From the NCBI GenBank assembly GCA_041747555.1, contig JBGTEY010000009.1, positions 26,473 to 90,472 on the forward strand: a DNA stretch of 64,000 nucleotides, given 5' to 3'. The notes beneath the pieces are model-generated. The model was not told where the DNA came from and ran no database searches. It saw only the letters and a list, made by a program, of their open reading frames with translations. Positions 47,024 through 56,783 of the stretch are shown here, one piece after another. Source of the stretch: Patescibacteria group bacterium. Its GTDB lineage: Bacteria > Patescibacteriota > Microgenomatia > UBA1400 > PJMF01. Made by a program: the position numbers and the translations under genes. Every line of letters starts with the position of its first letter. Position 1 is the stretch's first letter.

Positions 47024-49510
47024 ATGGCAAAACCCCCGTTTGAGTCTCGAGAAGGTAGTCAAGGTGAAATGGCTGCTGTCAATTCTCATGACTTGGATAT
47101 CGAAGGTGTACGCAGTATTTCCCTAGAGAACTACCCCCTAGGACCCCACCAAGAAGAATTAACAGAGTATATAACGGGGCTCATCGAAGACGTATATCTG
47201 CAAGCTGAAAACCAAGCTGATCAAGGCAAAGCAGAACATTCACTTATTTTACTTTTCACTGCTTTAGCTATTCTGTCAGGAGCTGGAATTGCAGCATTGA
47301 AAATATATTTCGACATTATTCCCAAGCGAAAACAAGCCAAAGAATCAAACGCAATAATTATCGACTCTGTCCAACGGCTCATCGCCGAGGCTGAGCAAAC
47401 ACTCTTATTCCACGATACTCGACGAGTTGAAGTTGCGCTCGATACATTGGTGAATTTGCATGAGCCACATTCTCAAGGGAGAAACGATATCGACTATCGA
47501 CAGGAACGCTATCACAAGAATGTGCAACTACTTCTTCAAGAGCTCAGAAGACTTCAGCATGATCCAGTCGAACTCTCAATGAAGGGTGATGAAAGAGAAA
47601 CTGTGAGGCGCCACCTCTATTCTGTATCCACCATTCTTAATGAATCTCAAAATCAAATGGACACCATCGTTGCTGAGGAGCAATACGTACTTCAGACTAT
47701 ACAAGCTGTTCCTGAGAGACTTTCTACCGCTAAATTGTTGCAATCTGACTCTCCAACATTTTTCCAGGGAGATGGTTCTCAATTATCACCTAAATTAACC
47801 GACAACCTTCGTTCAAAATATACTGCACTCGCGACATATTTGCTTCGCGCTGAATCTGCACTCAAGGCAGAGCAACCACTCGAAAGCAACAGAATACTAG
47901 ATAGCTTTTTTGAAAAAAGAACCCAACTTTTGGAAATCGCACAATCTCTTAGTGAACTAGAGCGTATGTACTACGAGGTAAGAGATAGAGGTGAAATGGT
48001 CGATCCATCTCTCCACACAATAGTTAACCCGACACTATTACTGGAAAACTCCTTACGTATAGTAAAGGTAATTTCAAAAAAACTGGGCCAAAAGAATCCA
48101 CCCTATGTCCAGATCAGTGAGCACTTACATGATCTTGAAACTGACCTATCAGATATAAATAGATTCATCACAGAGTTTTCAGAAATAATGGAAGTCAGAG
48201 AATACTGTGAAAAGCGACATACCCATTTTGTGAATCAAGGATACAAACCAGCTCATGGAATTCAAGCCAAGCTTAAGGCAGAGGCGTTGTTTGACGAAGC
48301 AGGAATAGTAGCTCGAACTGGCGATTGGACGCGTGCCACAGGATTATTGCGAGCCGGCGATTATTATCTTAACCATACTATAACATTGTTCGAACAGATG
48401 GAATCGTTAGATGCAGAAAATAAACAAAACATTGCATCCCTGAAAATAGAATCCGTTGCTGCTGGCCTAAAACTGACTAATTGTGGGAAGAAGCGAGAGA
48501 AAATCCTAGAGGATATCAAAGGAATGCAGGTCGAAGCAAATCAAAAATACAGTGTTTCATACAACTATATTGAAGATAGAATTGGCGAAGTCACCCAGCA
48601 TCTCTCAGACATTGATCGAGTGCTGACAGAGGTGCAAAACCAAAATGGACCAGAAAATCAAAACTATCAATCAGCAAATATCTCGATACTGCACGCATTC
48701 CATGGATATCATGCGGTGAGAATGGAACTCATTGCGTTGGAGCATGAGATTGATTCATTAAGTCTTGATATTGCTTCAGAAAATGAGACTGGGGATACTT
48801 CTGCAACAGCAGAGGTGCTTATCAAATCAATCGAGCGAGTTGATGTGACAGCAGGTAATAGAGTGTTTGAAATCAGAAAGACAATTGATGGTTTATTGCC
48901 CGGTCAACTTTCTACCACTATTTATGAGGCTGCAGAAGATCTTCAGAAAAGATTATTTGCACTTCGAATGAGACTCAGCCAGTCTAGATACCTCAAAGGC
49001 GAAAATCACCATACCGACCTCAGACTGCTTAACGCAGAATATCTTGCTTTTGCTGAACAAGAATGTGAACGTGTTGAGCACTTAATTGACGTTCAGAAAT
49101 ATAATCATGGACTTACGGTGGAAAGAGGCATAGCTCAGGTGCGTAAGGCGAAAGACAAGCTGAAAAGTGCAGCAATTCTGGTGAGCGACCCCAGTACCGC
49201 AGAAGCTGGAAAAGGTCTCTATGAGCAGGCGCTGGAGATCCCACTTGAGATGCCAAAAATAGATGACTATCCAGTCGATGTCACGAGAAAATTAAGCGAT
49301 GCAGCGTTGGCGCAAGTATTGGCCCAAAATGCACAAACAACTGCAAAATACCATCGAGACAAGGCGAAGGATTCTTCTGACACGAAACAACTATTGAGAA
49401 ATAGACGCAGTCAGTCAGGCGAACAACTTGCAGCACAAAAACAAGCGCGCATTGAACAAAACAAATTGTTGGCAAGAGGTGCGCGAATGAGCTATGGCAC
49501 GATTCAATGA
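47024..49510 (+). CDS. Hypothetical membrane-anchored coiled-coil protein (828 aa)
   Basis: One TM helix (SLILLFTALAILSGAGIAALKIYF) followed by a long helical, charged region. Confidence 0.45.
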   Translation: MAKPPFESREGSQGEMAAVNSHDLDIEGVRSISLENYPLGPHQEELTEYITGLIEDVYLQAENQADQGKAEHSLILLFTALAILSGAGIAALKIYFDIIPKRKQAKESNAIIIDSVQRLIAEAEQTLLFHDTRRVEVALDTLVNLHEPHSQGRNDIDYRQERYHKNVQLLLQELRRLQHDPVELSMKGDERETVRRHLYSVSTILNESQNQMDTIVAEEQYVLQTIQAVPERLSTAKLLQSDSPTFFQGDGSQLSPKLTDNLRSKYTALATYLLRAESALKAEQPLESNRILDSFFEKRTQLLEIAQSLSELERMYYEVRDRGEMVDPSLHTIVNPTLLLENSLRIVKVISKKLGQKNPPYVQISEHLHDLETDLSDINRFITEFSEIMEVREYCEKRHTHFVNQGYKPAHGIQAKLKAEALFDEAGIVARTGDWTRATGLLRAGDYYLNHTITLFEQMESLDAENKQNIASLKIESVAAGLKLTNCGKKREKILEDIKGMQVEANQKYSVSYNYIEDRIGEVTQHLSDIDRVLTEVQNQNGPENQNYQSANISILHAFHGYHAVRMELIALEHEIDSLSLDIASENETGDTSATAEVLIKSIERVDVTAGNRVFEIRKTIDGLLPGQLSTTIYEAAEDLQKRLFALRMRLSQSRYLKGENHHTDLRLLNAEYLAFAEQECERVEHLIDVQKYNHGLTVERGIAQVRKAKDKLKSAAILVSDPSTAEAGKGLYEQALEIPLEMPKIDDYPVDVTRKLSDAALAQVLAQNAQTTAKYHRDKAKDSSDTKQLLRNRRSQSGEQLAAQKQARIEQNKLLARGARMSYGTIQ

Positions 49511-49547
49511 TCTTGCCAATACTGCACTGTGATAGAATCACCACACA

Positions 49548-50033
49548 ATGCTTGTAATCAGTTCACATAAAAAGCTACTTCTCATTCTGTCGGTACTTAT
49601 TTTGGTGGCAGGACTTATGGTTTGGTTCACCCAAATCCAGGTTGCAGAAATTAATTCAGAACTAAATTCACCAGATGTAGAAGCGCCGGCAGTTATTGAA
49701 ACGACCCCGACAGTGGATAGCACTGATGAAATATGGGAACAGCCCGATCAAAATCAGTTGGTTGAGCAAAATGATGAAATAGAATACTCATTTACCGCGT
49801 CTGAAGAAATGACCGCAGAAGAACTGCTTGATCAGAGTGCGACGGTTGAGTATCAGGATTTTGGCAGTGCTGGTAAATTTGTCCAGTCAATTGACGGTGT
49901 CGCCTCTAATGAAAATTATTTTTGGGGTTATTATGTAAATGGGACATTTGCAGAGTTGGGGGTTTCGCAGACTCAATTACAACCAGGAGATACAATTACA
50001 TTCCGGTATGAAAAAATTGAACCACTTCAATAG
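49548..50033 (+). CDS. DUF4430-like (transcobalamin-like fold) membrane-anchored protein
   Basis: N-terminal TM anchor. C-terminal NYFWGYYVNG...PGDTITFRY resembles the DUF4430 signature. Confidence 0.4.
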   Translation: MLVISSHKKLLLILSVLILVAGLMVWFTQIQVAEINSELNSPDVEAPAVIETTPTVDSTDEIWEQPDQNQLVEQNDEIEYSFTASEEMTAEELLDQSATVEYQDFGSAGKFVQSIDGVASNENYFWGYYVNGTFAELGVSQTQLQPGDTITFRYEKIEPLQ

Positions 50034-50514
50034 TTCGCATATTTTGGTTGCCGCTGGGATATTTTTAACCCGTGCAGCAAGAATTATTCCTAATGTGAGT
50101 CCTTTGGGGAGTTTTGGATTTTTTGGTGGAACGCCGGTGTTATTTTTACTTTCAATTGTGCTGTTTGATTGGCTGGTAGGTGGTTTTTATGCTGGATTTA
50201 TGTGGACGTATCTGGGATTTTTGATGTACCCATTGATGGGATATTTTGCTAAAAATAGCACTAAGCGACAACTTGCATTTCTTCCTGCAGCGTCATTTTT
50301 GTTCTTTCTTATTTCTAATCTTGGTGTGTGGTGGCATTGGTATCCGCAAACAATTTCTGGATTATTTGCATGTTATCTAGCTGCGGTGCCGTTTTATGCG
50401 CGAACACTAATCGGAGATTTGGTGTTTGGATATGGATATATGGTGATCAGATATTTTCAGAGTAATAAGTTTAGTGTGAAAACACTTAGACTTATGTTGC
50501 GTCCACAAACTTAG
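50008..50514 (+). CDS. Small polytopic membrane protein (ECF-transporter S-component-like)
   Basis: Five to six hydrophobic helices. Start taken at the MKKLNHF ATG, which overlaps the upstream stop; the track ORF begins at 49939. Confidence 0.35.
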   Translation: MKKLNHFNSSHILVAAGIFLTRAARIIPNVSPLGSFGFFGGTPVLFLLSIVLFDWLVGGFYAGFMWTYLGFLMYPLMGYFAKNSTKRQLAFLPAASFLFFLISNLGVWWHWYPQTISGLFACYLAAVPFYARTLIGDLVFGYGYMVIRYFQSNKFSVKTLRLMLRPQT

Positions 50515-50568
50515 CGCAAAGCCTAGTCATGTAAAAGACCCTGGATGTACTGAACTTAGACACTTAAT

Positions 50569-51129
50569 TTGCTCATGTCACAAGAACATCTTCAAATTAG
50601 CATTGATTGGAACTCCCCAAATGTTCAGTACCAAGAGGGGCAAGAAAAACGTGTTTGTAAAGTTTCTTTACGCAGTGGCGATTATGCGTATAAAGAGTAT
50701 CTGCAAGAGAACTCAGTTACCGACGAACCAATTGATGGGCCAGCTTCAACTATCACAGAATTTCAACTCTATCGGGCAGCTGCGCAACATCCAGACCTAA
50801 GGATTTTTGTACCCAAACCACATCAAATTGTGTTCGCTAACAACAAACCAGTTGGTTTCTTAGTTGAATGGAGAGAGGGGCATATTTTAGCTGATACTCC
50901 AAGAATTGCTGTCCCTAAATTACTGCTTGAACAGCTAAAACGAGTTCTTTTAAATCTACCCTCAGACCTTTGGCTGAGCGATGATTGTTTTACTGACAAT
51001 AATCTAGGTTGGGATGGAAAAAGACTTTGGCTAGCTGAACTCGCACTTGGTGATTATGACTCAGAAGCACTTTGGCAACGCGTTGTGCACAGGGTGATTG
51101 AGAGAAGTTTAAAGGAATATGGCACCTAA
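50569..51129 (+). CDS. Hypothetical protein
   Basis: ORF only. Confidence 0.4.
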   Translation: MLMSQEHLQISIDWNSPNVQYQEGQEKRVCKVSLRSGDYAYKEYLQENSVTDEPIDGPASTITEFQLYRAAAQHPDLRIFVPKPHQIVFANNKPVGFLVEWREGHILADTPRIAVPKLLLEQLKRVLLNLPSDLWLSDDCFTDNNLGWDGKRLWLAELALGDYDSEALWQRVVHRVIERSLKEYGT

Positions 51130-51146
51130 CAGATTAGGGTCATTAA

Positions 51147-51515
51147 TTACGTTTTTGGCCTATCCTGACGCTTCAAAACCTTTTCCAAAGAATACATAAT
51201 CCGTTCGTCTAGGTTGATTTTCTTAATTCGGGCAAAACGGAGGATTGAGACGAGCAAGTCACCAAGTTCTTCGGTGTAGGTTTCATCCATTTGGGCTGCT
51301 AGGTTGCTGCGTTTTCTGCCGTGTTCGGCCAAGTAGGCGCGTGCCATTTCACCAACTTCTTCGACGAGGCTCAAGATAAGAATAGATCCAAATTCTTTGG
51401 AGTATCGCTTATTTTTATCGATGTCACTCAAAATATTAAAGTATTTTGAGAACGGCGTGTTGTGATATTTTTGGTCGCTGTCGGTTTGTGAATCGTCTCG
51501 TGGGTCATCAGTCAT
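51147..51515 (-). CDS. MazG-like nucleotide pyrophosphohydrolase
   Basis: LVEEVGEMARAYLAE...EELGDLL, i.e. the EExxE...E..D MazG motif. Confidence 0.6.
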   Translation of the reverse strand: MTDDPRDDSQTDSDQKYHNTPFSKYFNILSDIDKNKRYSKEFGSILILSLVEEVGEMARAYLAEHGRKRSNLAAQMDETYTEELGDLLVSILRFARIKKINLDERIMYSLEKVLKRQDRPKT

Positions 51516-51648
51516 ATGTCCTTAGTATAAATCATGATCCAAATATGTACAGCGAACCCATTGTGAATCTCTGATTCTAATGAGGCAGCTACAGGTTCGG
51601 TTTTATTCAACTTCCTCAAGCAGAAGTGCGGTACAATAGAAATACTCT

Positions 51649-53472
51649 ATGTCTCAAATTCAAGAAGTAAAGGACGCGACCGATATCGTGACCATCATTG
51701 GTGAACGCTTGACGTTACAGCGCGCAGGCAGTTATTACAAGGCGAATTGTCCGTTTCATAGCGAGCGGTCACCGTCTTTCTTTGTAAATGAGGTAATCCA
51801 GAGATATAAATGTTATGGTTGTGGCGAGCATGGGGATGTGTTTGAGTTTCTAGAAAAATACGAGGGGCTCACATTTTATGAAACGCTCAAGTATTTGGCT
51901 GAAAAGGCCGGCGTCACGCTTAAGGAGCAAGTCAGAACCAAAGACGATGAGCTGCGCGACGAAGTACTCGCGGCACTCAATCTAGCAAAAGAGTATTATC
52001 ATTACCTACTAATCACGCACGAAGTTGGCGCACCCGCGCGGGAGTATCTCAAGAATCGTGGAATTTCTACTGCCATGATCAAGCATTTTGGTGTCGGATA
52101 CTCACTCGATTCCTGGGATGGGCTACTGACATTTTTAGAGAAAAAGAAGAAAATTTCACCGAAAGTATTGCTCGCGGCTGGTTTGGTAATTACAGGGAAA
52201 ACGAATCGGTCATACGATCGATTTAGGGGCAGAATTATGTTTCCGCTCAAGAATAATCGCGGTCAAGTGGTTGGTTTTTCTGGTAGAACGCTTGACTCAG
52301 ATGCGAAGGAAGCCAAATATATCAACTCACCAGAAACAATGGTATATCACAAGAGCTCGCTCCTCTTTGGGTATTCTGAACAACTGCAAGAAATTCGAAA
52401 AGCTAAAACCATGATCGTGGTTGAAGGCGAGTTTGATGTAATCTCATCTGTCCAGGCACACGTGCCCAATATAGTTGCCATCAAAGGATCGGCGTTTACC
52501 AAAGAACAAGCGCGACTCGTCGCCCGATTGGTAGAGACGGTGTATCTGAGTCTTGATACAGACGCTGCAGGTGTGAAGGCCACCAAAGAAGCACTAAAAG
52601 TCCTCAAACCACATGAAATTGACGTTCGTGTTATTAAGATTCCAGAAGGAAAAGATCCTGACGAATTAGCCCGACACCATCCTAAAGAATGGCGTGAGGC
52701 CACCAAGCGAAGTATTTCTGTGTATGAATTTTTGTTAGAGTCCGCACTCAAGCAACACGATCACACCGCACCAGAAGGTAAGCGGGCAATCATGAAAGAA
52801 ATTGCACCATACATCAGTGAAATAACTCATGCAGTAGAGCGTGAGCATTACATTACCCTGTTGGCAAGTGCGCTCAAGGTCAAGCAAGATGTAGTTCGTA
52901 GTGACGTGGCAATGTATAGTTCTAAAAAGCCAAAAGTAGCTGAGCGGGCAGCAGACCAAGATCAACGGGCTACAACAGATAACGCCAAAGCTGAGCAACG
53001 CCCACTTTCTGGAAGAGAACGAAATGAGCGGTACTCACTTTTCCTGCTGTTTTTGCATGAAGAATCCGATATTCCTATTAAGGCTCTTGAGCTAAAAGAA
53101 CTCCAGTTCACCTATCCCGGCGCACAGAAATTAATTACCTTACTCCAAGAATATGGTAAAAAACTCGCCAACACCCAACAAAAATTTTCACTCAGGGCAT
53201 TTTCGCAGCAATTGCCCTCTGATTTACAGCAGTTGTTGCTAGAGGTAACAACCAATCCCGAATTAATCTCACTCTCACAATCACTTGATCTCTCCAAAGA
53301 ATGGAAACATACCATCAAGGATCTTAAACAGAGCTCAGCACAACTAGAAGTAGAACGAATCGCCGCTCGGCTTGAAGAACTGGATGAAATAAGCGAGCTT
53401 TCACCAGAAGAAGAAGCCGAACAACAAGAGCTGCTCCAAAAAATTGTGACGCTTAAACATCAGTCGGTGTAA
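51649..53472 (+). CDS. dnaG: DNA primase
   Basis: Zinc finger (CPFHSERSPSF...CYGCGEHGD) and a TOPRIM domain (IVVEGEFDVIS...DTDAAG). Confidence 0.9.
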   Translation: MSQIQEVKDATDIVTIIGERLTLQRAGSYYKANCPFHSERSPSFFVNEVIQRYKCYGCGEHGDVFEFLEKYEGLTFYETLKYLAEKAGVTLKEQVRTKDDELRDEVLAALNLAKEYYHYLLITHEVGAPAREYLKNRGISTAMIKHFGVGYSLDSWDGLLTFLEKKKKISPKVLLAAGLVITGKTNRSYDRFRGRIMFPLKNNRGQVVGFSGRTLDSDAKEAKYINSPETMVYHKSSLLFGYSEQLQEIRKAKTMIVVEGEFDVISSVQAHVPNIVAIKGSAFTKEQARLVARLVETVYLSLDTDAAGVKATKEALKVLKPHEIDVRVIKIPEGKDPDELARHHPKEWREATKRSISVYEFLLESALKQHDHTAPEGKRAIMKEIAPYISEITHAVEREHYITLLASALKVKQDVVRSDVAMYSSKKPKVAERAADQDQRATTDNAKAEQRPLSGRERNERYSLFLLFLHEESDIPIKALELKELQFTYPGAQKLITLLQEYGKKLANTQQKFSLRAFSQQLPSDLQQLLLEVTTNPELISLSQSLDLSKEWKHTIKDLKQSSAQLEVERIAARLEELDEISELSPEEEAEQQELLQKIVTLKHQSV

Positions 53473-53505
53473 TCAACTGTGTACCGCTCCAGATCAAATT
53501 GACCG

Positions 53506-53535
53506 TTGACAATGCATACCCCCAGGGGGTATATT
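53506..53535 (+). promoter_or_regulatory. Sigma-70-type promoter (-35 TTGACA at 53506-53511, -10 TATATT at 53530-53535) overlapped by a perfect 17-bp palindrome operator ATACCCCCAGGGGGTAT (53516-53532)
   Basis: The palindrome matches the CsoR/RcnR-type operator architecture (ATACCC-n-GGGTAT). It lies between the -35 and -10 elements, immediately upstream of the CsoR-family gene. Confidence 0.6.
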
Positions 53536-53541
53536 GAAGCA

Positions 53542-53823
53542 ATGAAAGCCCAAGCTATAAAACCAGAAGCTCAATCACATCCTACTCGAGAAAAAGACGT
53601 AATTGTCAAACAACTCAAGCGCATTCGCGGTCAACTCGATGGCGTGATTTCCATGTATGAATCAGAGCGCGCTTGTGTGGATATTGTCCGTCAAGTTGCG
53701 GCTGCCAGGAGTTCATTAGGTAGGGTGGCTCGTGATCTTTTAACTGGAGAAGCAAATCGATGCTCAAAAGAACGTAGAATTTCTGATCTTGATGATATTT
53801 TGAAAGAAATTTTTCGCAATTAG
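53542..53823 (+). CDS. CsoR/RcnR/FrmR-family metal/persulfide-sensing repressor (Cys-x29-Cys, no His; CstR-like)
   Basis: 93-aa DUF156 helix-bundle protein with ERACVDIV...ANRCSKE. The track ORF begins at a TTG at 53506, but that start would place the operator and promoter inside the coding sequence. Confidence 0.7.
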   Translation: MKAQAIKPEAQSHPTREKDVIVKQLKRIRGQLDGVISMYESERACVDIVRQVAAARSSLGRVARDLLTGEANRCSKERRISDLDDILKEIFRN

Positions 53824-53907
53824 TGATGAAATTTCAAAAAATTTAATAAAATTTGGGAAAAAACAACAGTAAGCGTATAGTAGCAATAAAAGACAAGAAA
53901 GGTATCT

Positions 53908-54261
53908 ATGTCAGATGATCAACAAAAAGGAGCGGCCCACTGGACCGACGACACATTTGAAAGTAACTTAAAAAAAGCCACAGAAAGCGGCAGACCAGTT
54001 ATGGTCGATTTCTATGCAGATTGGTGTGGTCCATGCAAAATGGCAGCGCCAATTATCGATAAACTTGCAGAAGAATTTGCTGGCAAAGTTGAAATTGTAA
54101 AAGTAGATGTTGATACCAACAATGCTACTGCAGGCAAGCATCAGATCATGAGCATTCCTACAGTCATCATGTTTGACTCAGAAGGAAAAGAAGCACAAAA
54201 GCAAATTGGATTTCCTGGTGAGCAGGGATATCGCAACATGATTGATGGAGTACTTACCTAA
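53908..54261 (+). CDS. trxA: Thioredoxin
   Basis: WCGPCK active site. Confidence 0.9.
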   Translation: MSDDQQKGAAHWTDDTFESNLKKATESGRPVMVDFYADWCGPCKMAAPIIDKLAEEFAGKVEIVKVDVDTNNATAGKHQIMSIPTVIMFDSEGKEAQKQIGFPGEQGYRNMIDGVLT

Positions 54262-54274
54262 TTGAAATTTATTT

Positions 54275-55339
54275 ATGACCAAAACGAAACTTGCAATTAT
54301 TGGTTCAGGTCCGGCTGGGTATACGGCTGCGGTATATGCGGCCCGAGCACGGCTCGAGCCGCATATCTTCGCCGGCTTTAAATCTGGTGGACAACTGATG
54401 TGGACCACCGAGGTCGAAAACTACCCTGGGTTCACAGACGGAATCATGGGTCCAGACCTAATGATGCAGTTTCGTGGTCAAGCAGAGCGGTTTGGTGCAC
54501 ACGTTGAAGATATTTTTGTGACTGCAGTTGATTTCAGTCAGCGACCATTCAAGCTGTGGACTGCTTTACCAGACAACATGGCGCCTGATTTTTTTGAAAC
54601 TGCATCTCCAGAAGACATCAAAGCACTCACAATTCGTATTAAAAAAGAGCTCGAACCCGCGTGCGAAGCAGAATCAGTCGTCGTTGCCACTGGTGCATCG
54701 TCAATTATGGTTGGCGTTCCTGGTGAAAAAGAATTTCTCGCCAGAGGTGTCAGCACCTGCGCGGTGTGCGACGCAGCTTTTTTCCGTGATAAAGTCACGT
54801 ACGTTGTTGGCGGTGGTGATAGTGCTATGGAAGACACAATGGCACTCACCAAATTTGCCAAGAGTGTGACCGTTATTCATCGCAGAGATGCATTTCGCGC
54901 CAGCCAAATTATGCAGGAGCGCGTTTTAAACAATGAAAAGGTCAAAGTACTCTGGAACACCACTCTCGATGCAGTTACAGGAGATGACAAAGTAACCGGC
55001 ATCACCATCACCGAAAACGGTGAGAAAAAAGAACTTCCTGCAGATGGCGTATTTATTGCCATCGGTCACAAGCCGATGAATCAAATTTTCCAGGATCAAT
55101 TACAGCTTGATAATCATGGGTACATTGTTACGCGTCAAAGCGGCACTAAAGCAGGTGTTGAGGCCGCAAGCGCAGCTGTCGATGATGCAGGCATTGTCAC
55201 GTTCCCAAGTATGACGTCTGTCGAAGGCGTTTTTGCTGCAGGTGATAACGTCGATGTTCGATACAAGCAAGCGGTGACAGCAGCCGGTCAAGGATGTAGC
55301 GCTGCACTCGATGCAGAGCGGTGGCTCGAACGACAGTAA
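54275..55339 (+). CDS. trxB: Thioredoxin-disulfide reductase
   Basis: FAD motif GSGPAGYTAA, redox-active CAVCD, and a GGGDSAME NADPH motif. Confidence 0.85.
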   Translation: MTKTKLAIIGSGPAGYTAAVYAARARLEPHIFAGFKSGGQLMWTTEVENYPGFTDGIMGPDLMMQFRGQAERFGAHVEDIFVTAVDFSQRPFKLWTALPDNMAPDFFETASPEDIKALTIRIKKELEPACEAESVVVATGASSIMVGVPGEKEFLARGVSTCAVCDAAFFRDKVTYVVGGGDSAMEDTMALTKFAKSVTVIHRRDAFRASQIMQERVLNNEKVKVLWNTTLDAVTGDDKVTGITITENGEKKELPADGVFIAIGHKPMNQIFQDQLQLDNHGYIVTRQSGTKAGVEAASAAVDDAGIVTFPSMTSVEGVFAAGDNVDVRYKQAVTAAGQGCSAALDAERWLERQ

Positions 55340-55408
55340 TTTTTTTTGAACAGCGCTTTTTAGTAGTACATTTTAGTAAAAAAATCATTTCTGCCCAAGA
55401 AAGACTCT

Positions 55409-56692
55409 ATGAACGATCCGCACCTTCAGGCAATTCAGCAACTCAAGCAAGTGGCAAGACTTTTAAAGCCGCAGTATGAGGAACCTGACCGATTTGATGC
55501 GGCAATCGAACAACTGACAGAACCAGACTTGCTCCTCAGCGGAGAACTCGAAATTAAACTCGACAACGGCAAAACCAAAACCTACACCGCGTACCGCAGT
55601 CAACACAACAACGCTCGCGGTCCCTACAAAGGTGGCATTCGATTTCATCAAGATGTGAGCGAGTCTGAGGTCAAGGCACTTTCAACATGGATGACCTGGA
55701 AATGCGCCGTGACGGGCATTCCATACGGTGGCGGAAAAGGTGGCGTAATCGTGAACCCGCGTGAGTTAAGTGACGCAGAATTGCAGCGACTGAGTCGTGC
55801 CTATGCACGATTTTTGGCTGATGACGTTGGACCGTGGCGCGATGTGCCCGCACCTGACGTCAACACCACGCCTCAAATAATGGCGTGGATGGTGAATGAA
55901 TATGAACAGATTATGGTCGAAAATGGCACGTTGCTAGAGAATCCACGCGCTACTTTTACCGGGAAACCCCTTGAATACGGCGGTTCAGAAGGCCGAACTG
56001 AGGCAACGGGCCTGGGTGGTGTCATGATTTTGCAAGAATTAGCCAAGGCACGTTCACTTGAGCCAAAAGAAACAACAATTGCTATCCAAGGATTTGGAAA
56101 TGTCGGTTATTGGTTTGCCAAGCACTCGCATGATTTGGGATATAAAATTGTCGCAGTTTCTGACTCAAGCACTGCAGTGTATGACCCATCGGGTCTTGAC
56201 CCAGTGAAAGTATTGGAAACAAAAGAAAAGAGTGGATCATTCAAAAAAGCAGAATTTAAAACTGCAAAAAAAATAACAAACGAGGAATTGCTGGAGCTAG
56301 ACGTTTCTGTTTTGGTCCCGTCAGCACTAGAAAATGTCATCCACGCCAAAAATGCCAGCAGGCTAAAAGCTAAATATGTCATCGAAATGGCAAATGGCCC
56401 CACCACGCCTGAAGCAGATGCAATACTTGAGAAAAAAGGCATTCTCGTCATCCCCGATGTCCTGGCAAATGCGGGTGGCGTGACTGTTTCTTATTTTGAA
56501 TGGGTTCAAAACTTGCACGGATATTACTGGAGTCGTGATGAAGTGGTTGCTAAGCTCGAGCCACTGATGGAGCGAGCGTTTGCTGATATGTGGCGATTTC
56601 ATCAAACTGACAAGCTGGCACTACGAATGTCAGCCTACATGAGCGCGGTCAAAAAGGTGGTAGACGCCATGATGATCTCTGGTGTAGTATAA
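55409..56692 (+). CDS. gdhA: Glutamate dehydrogenase (Glu/Leu/Phe/Val dehydrogenase family)
   Basis: GGGKGG (PYGGGKGGV) and the NAD(P)-binding motif GFGNVGYWFA. Confidence 0.85.
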   Translation: MNDPHLQAIQQLKQVARLLKPQYEEPDRFDAAIEQLTEPDLLLSGELEIKLDNGKTKTYTAYRSQHNNARGPYKGGIRFHQDVSESEVKALSTWMTWKCAVTGIPYGGGKGGVIVNPRELSDAELQRLSRAYARFLADDVGPWRDVPAPDVNTTPQIMAWMVNEYEQIMVENGTLLENPRATFTGKPLEYGGSEGRTEATGLGGVMILQELAKARSLEPKETTIAIQGFGNVGYWFAKHSHDLGYKIVAVSDSSTAVYDPSGLDPVKVLETKEKSGSFKKAEFKTAKKITNEELLELDVSVLVPSALENVIHAKNASRLKAKYVIEMANGPTTPEADAILEKKGILVIPDVLANAGGVTVSYFEWVQNLHGYYWSRDEVVAKLEPLMERAFADMWRFHQTDKLALRMSAYMSAVKKVVDAMMISGVV

Positions 56693-56783
56693 ATTATTAT
56701 CACGCAACTTAGCACAAATGGTGTTGAGGGCTAGATCTTTGCGTGATTCCGCGCTATAATGGCGCTCACGTTTTTTACACATT

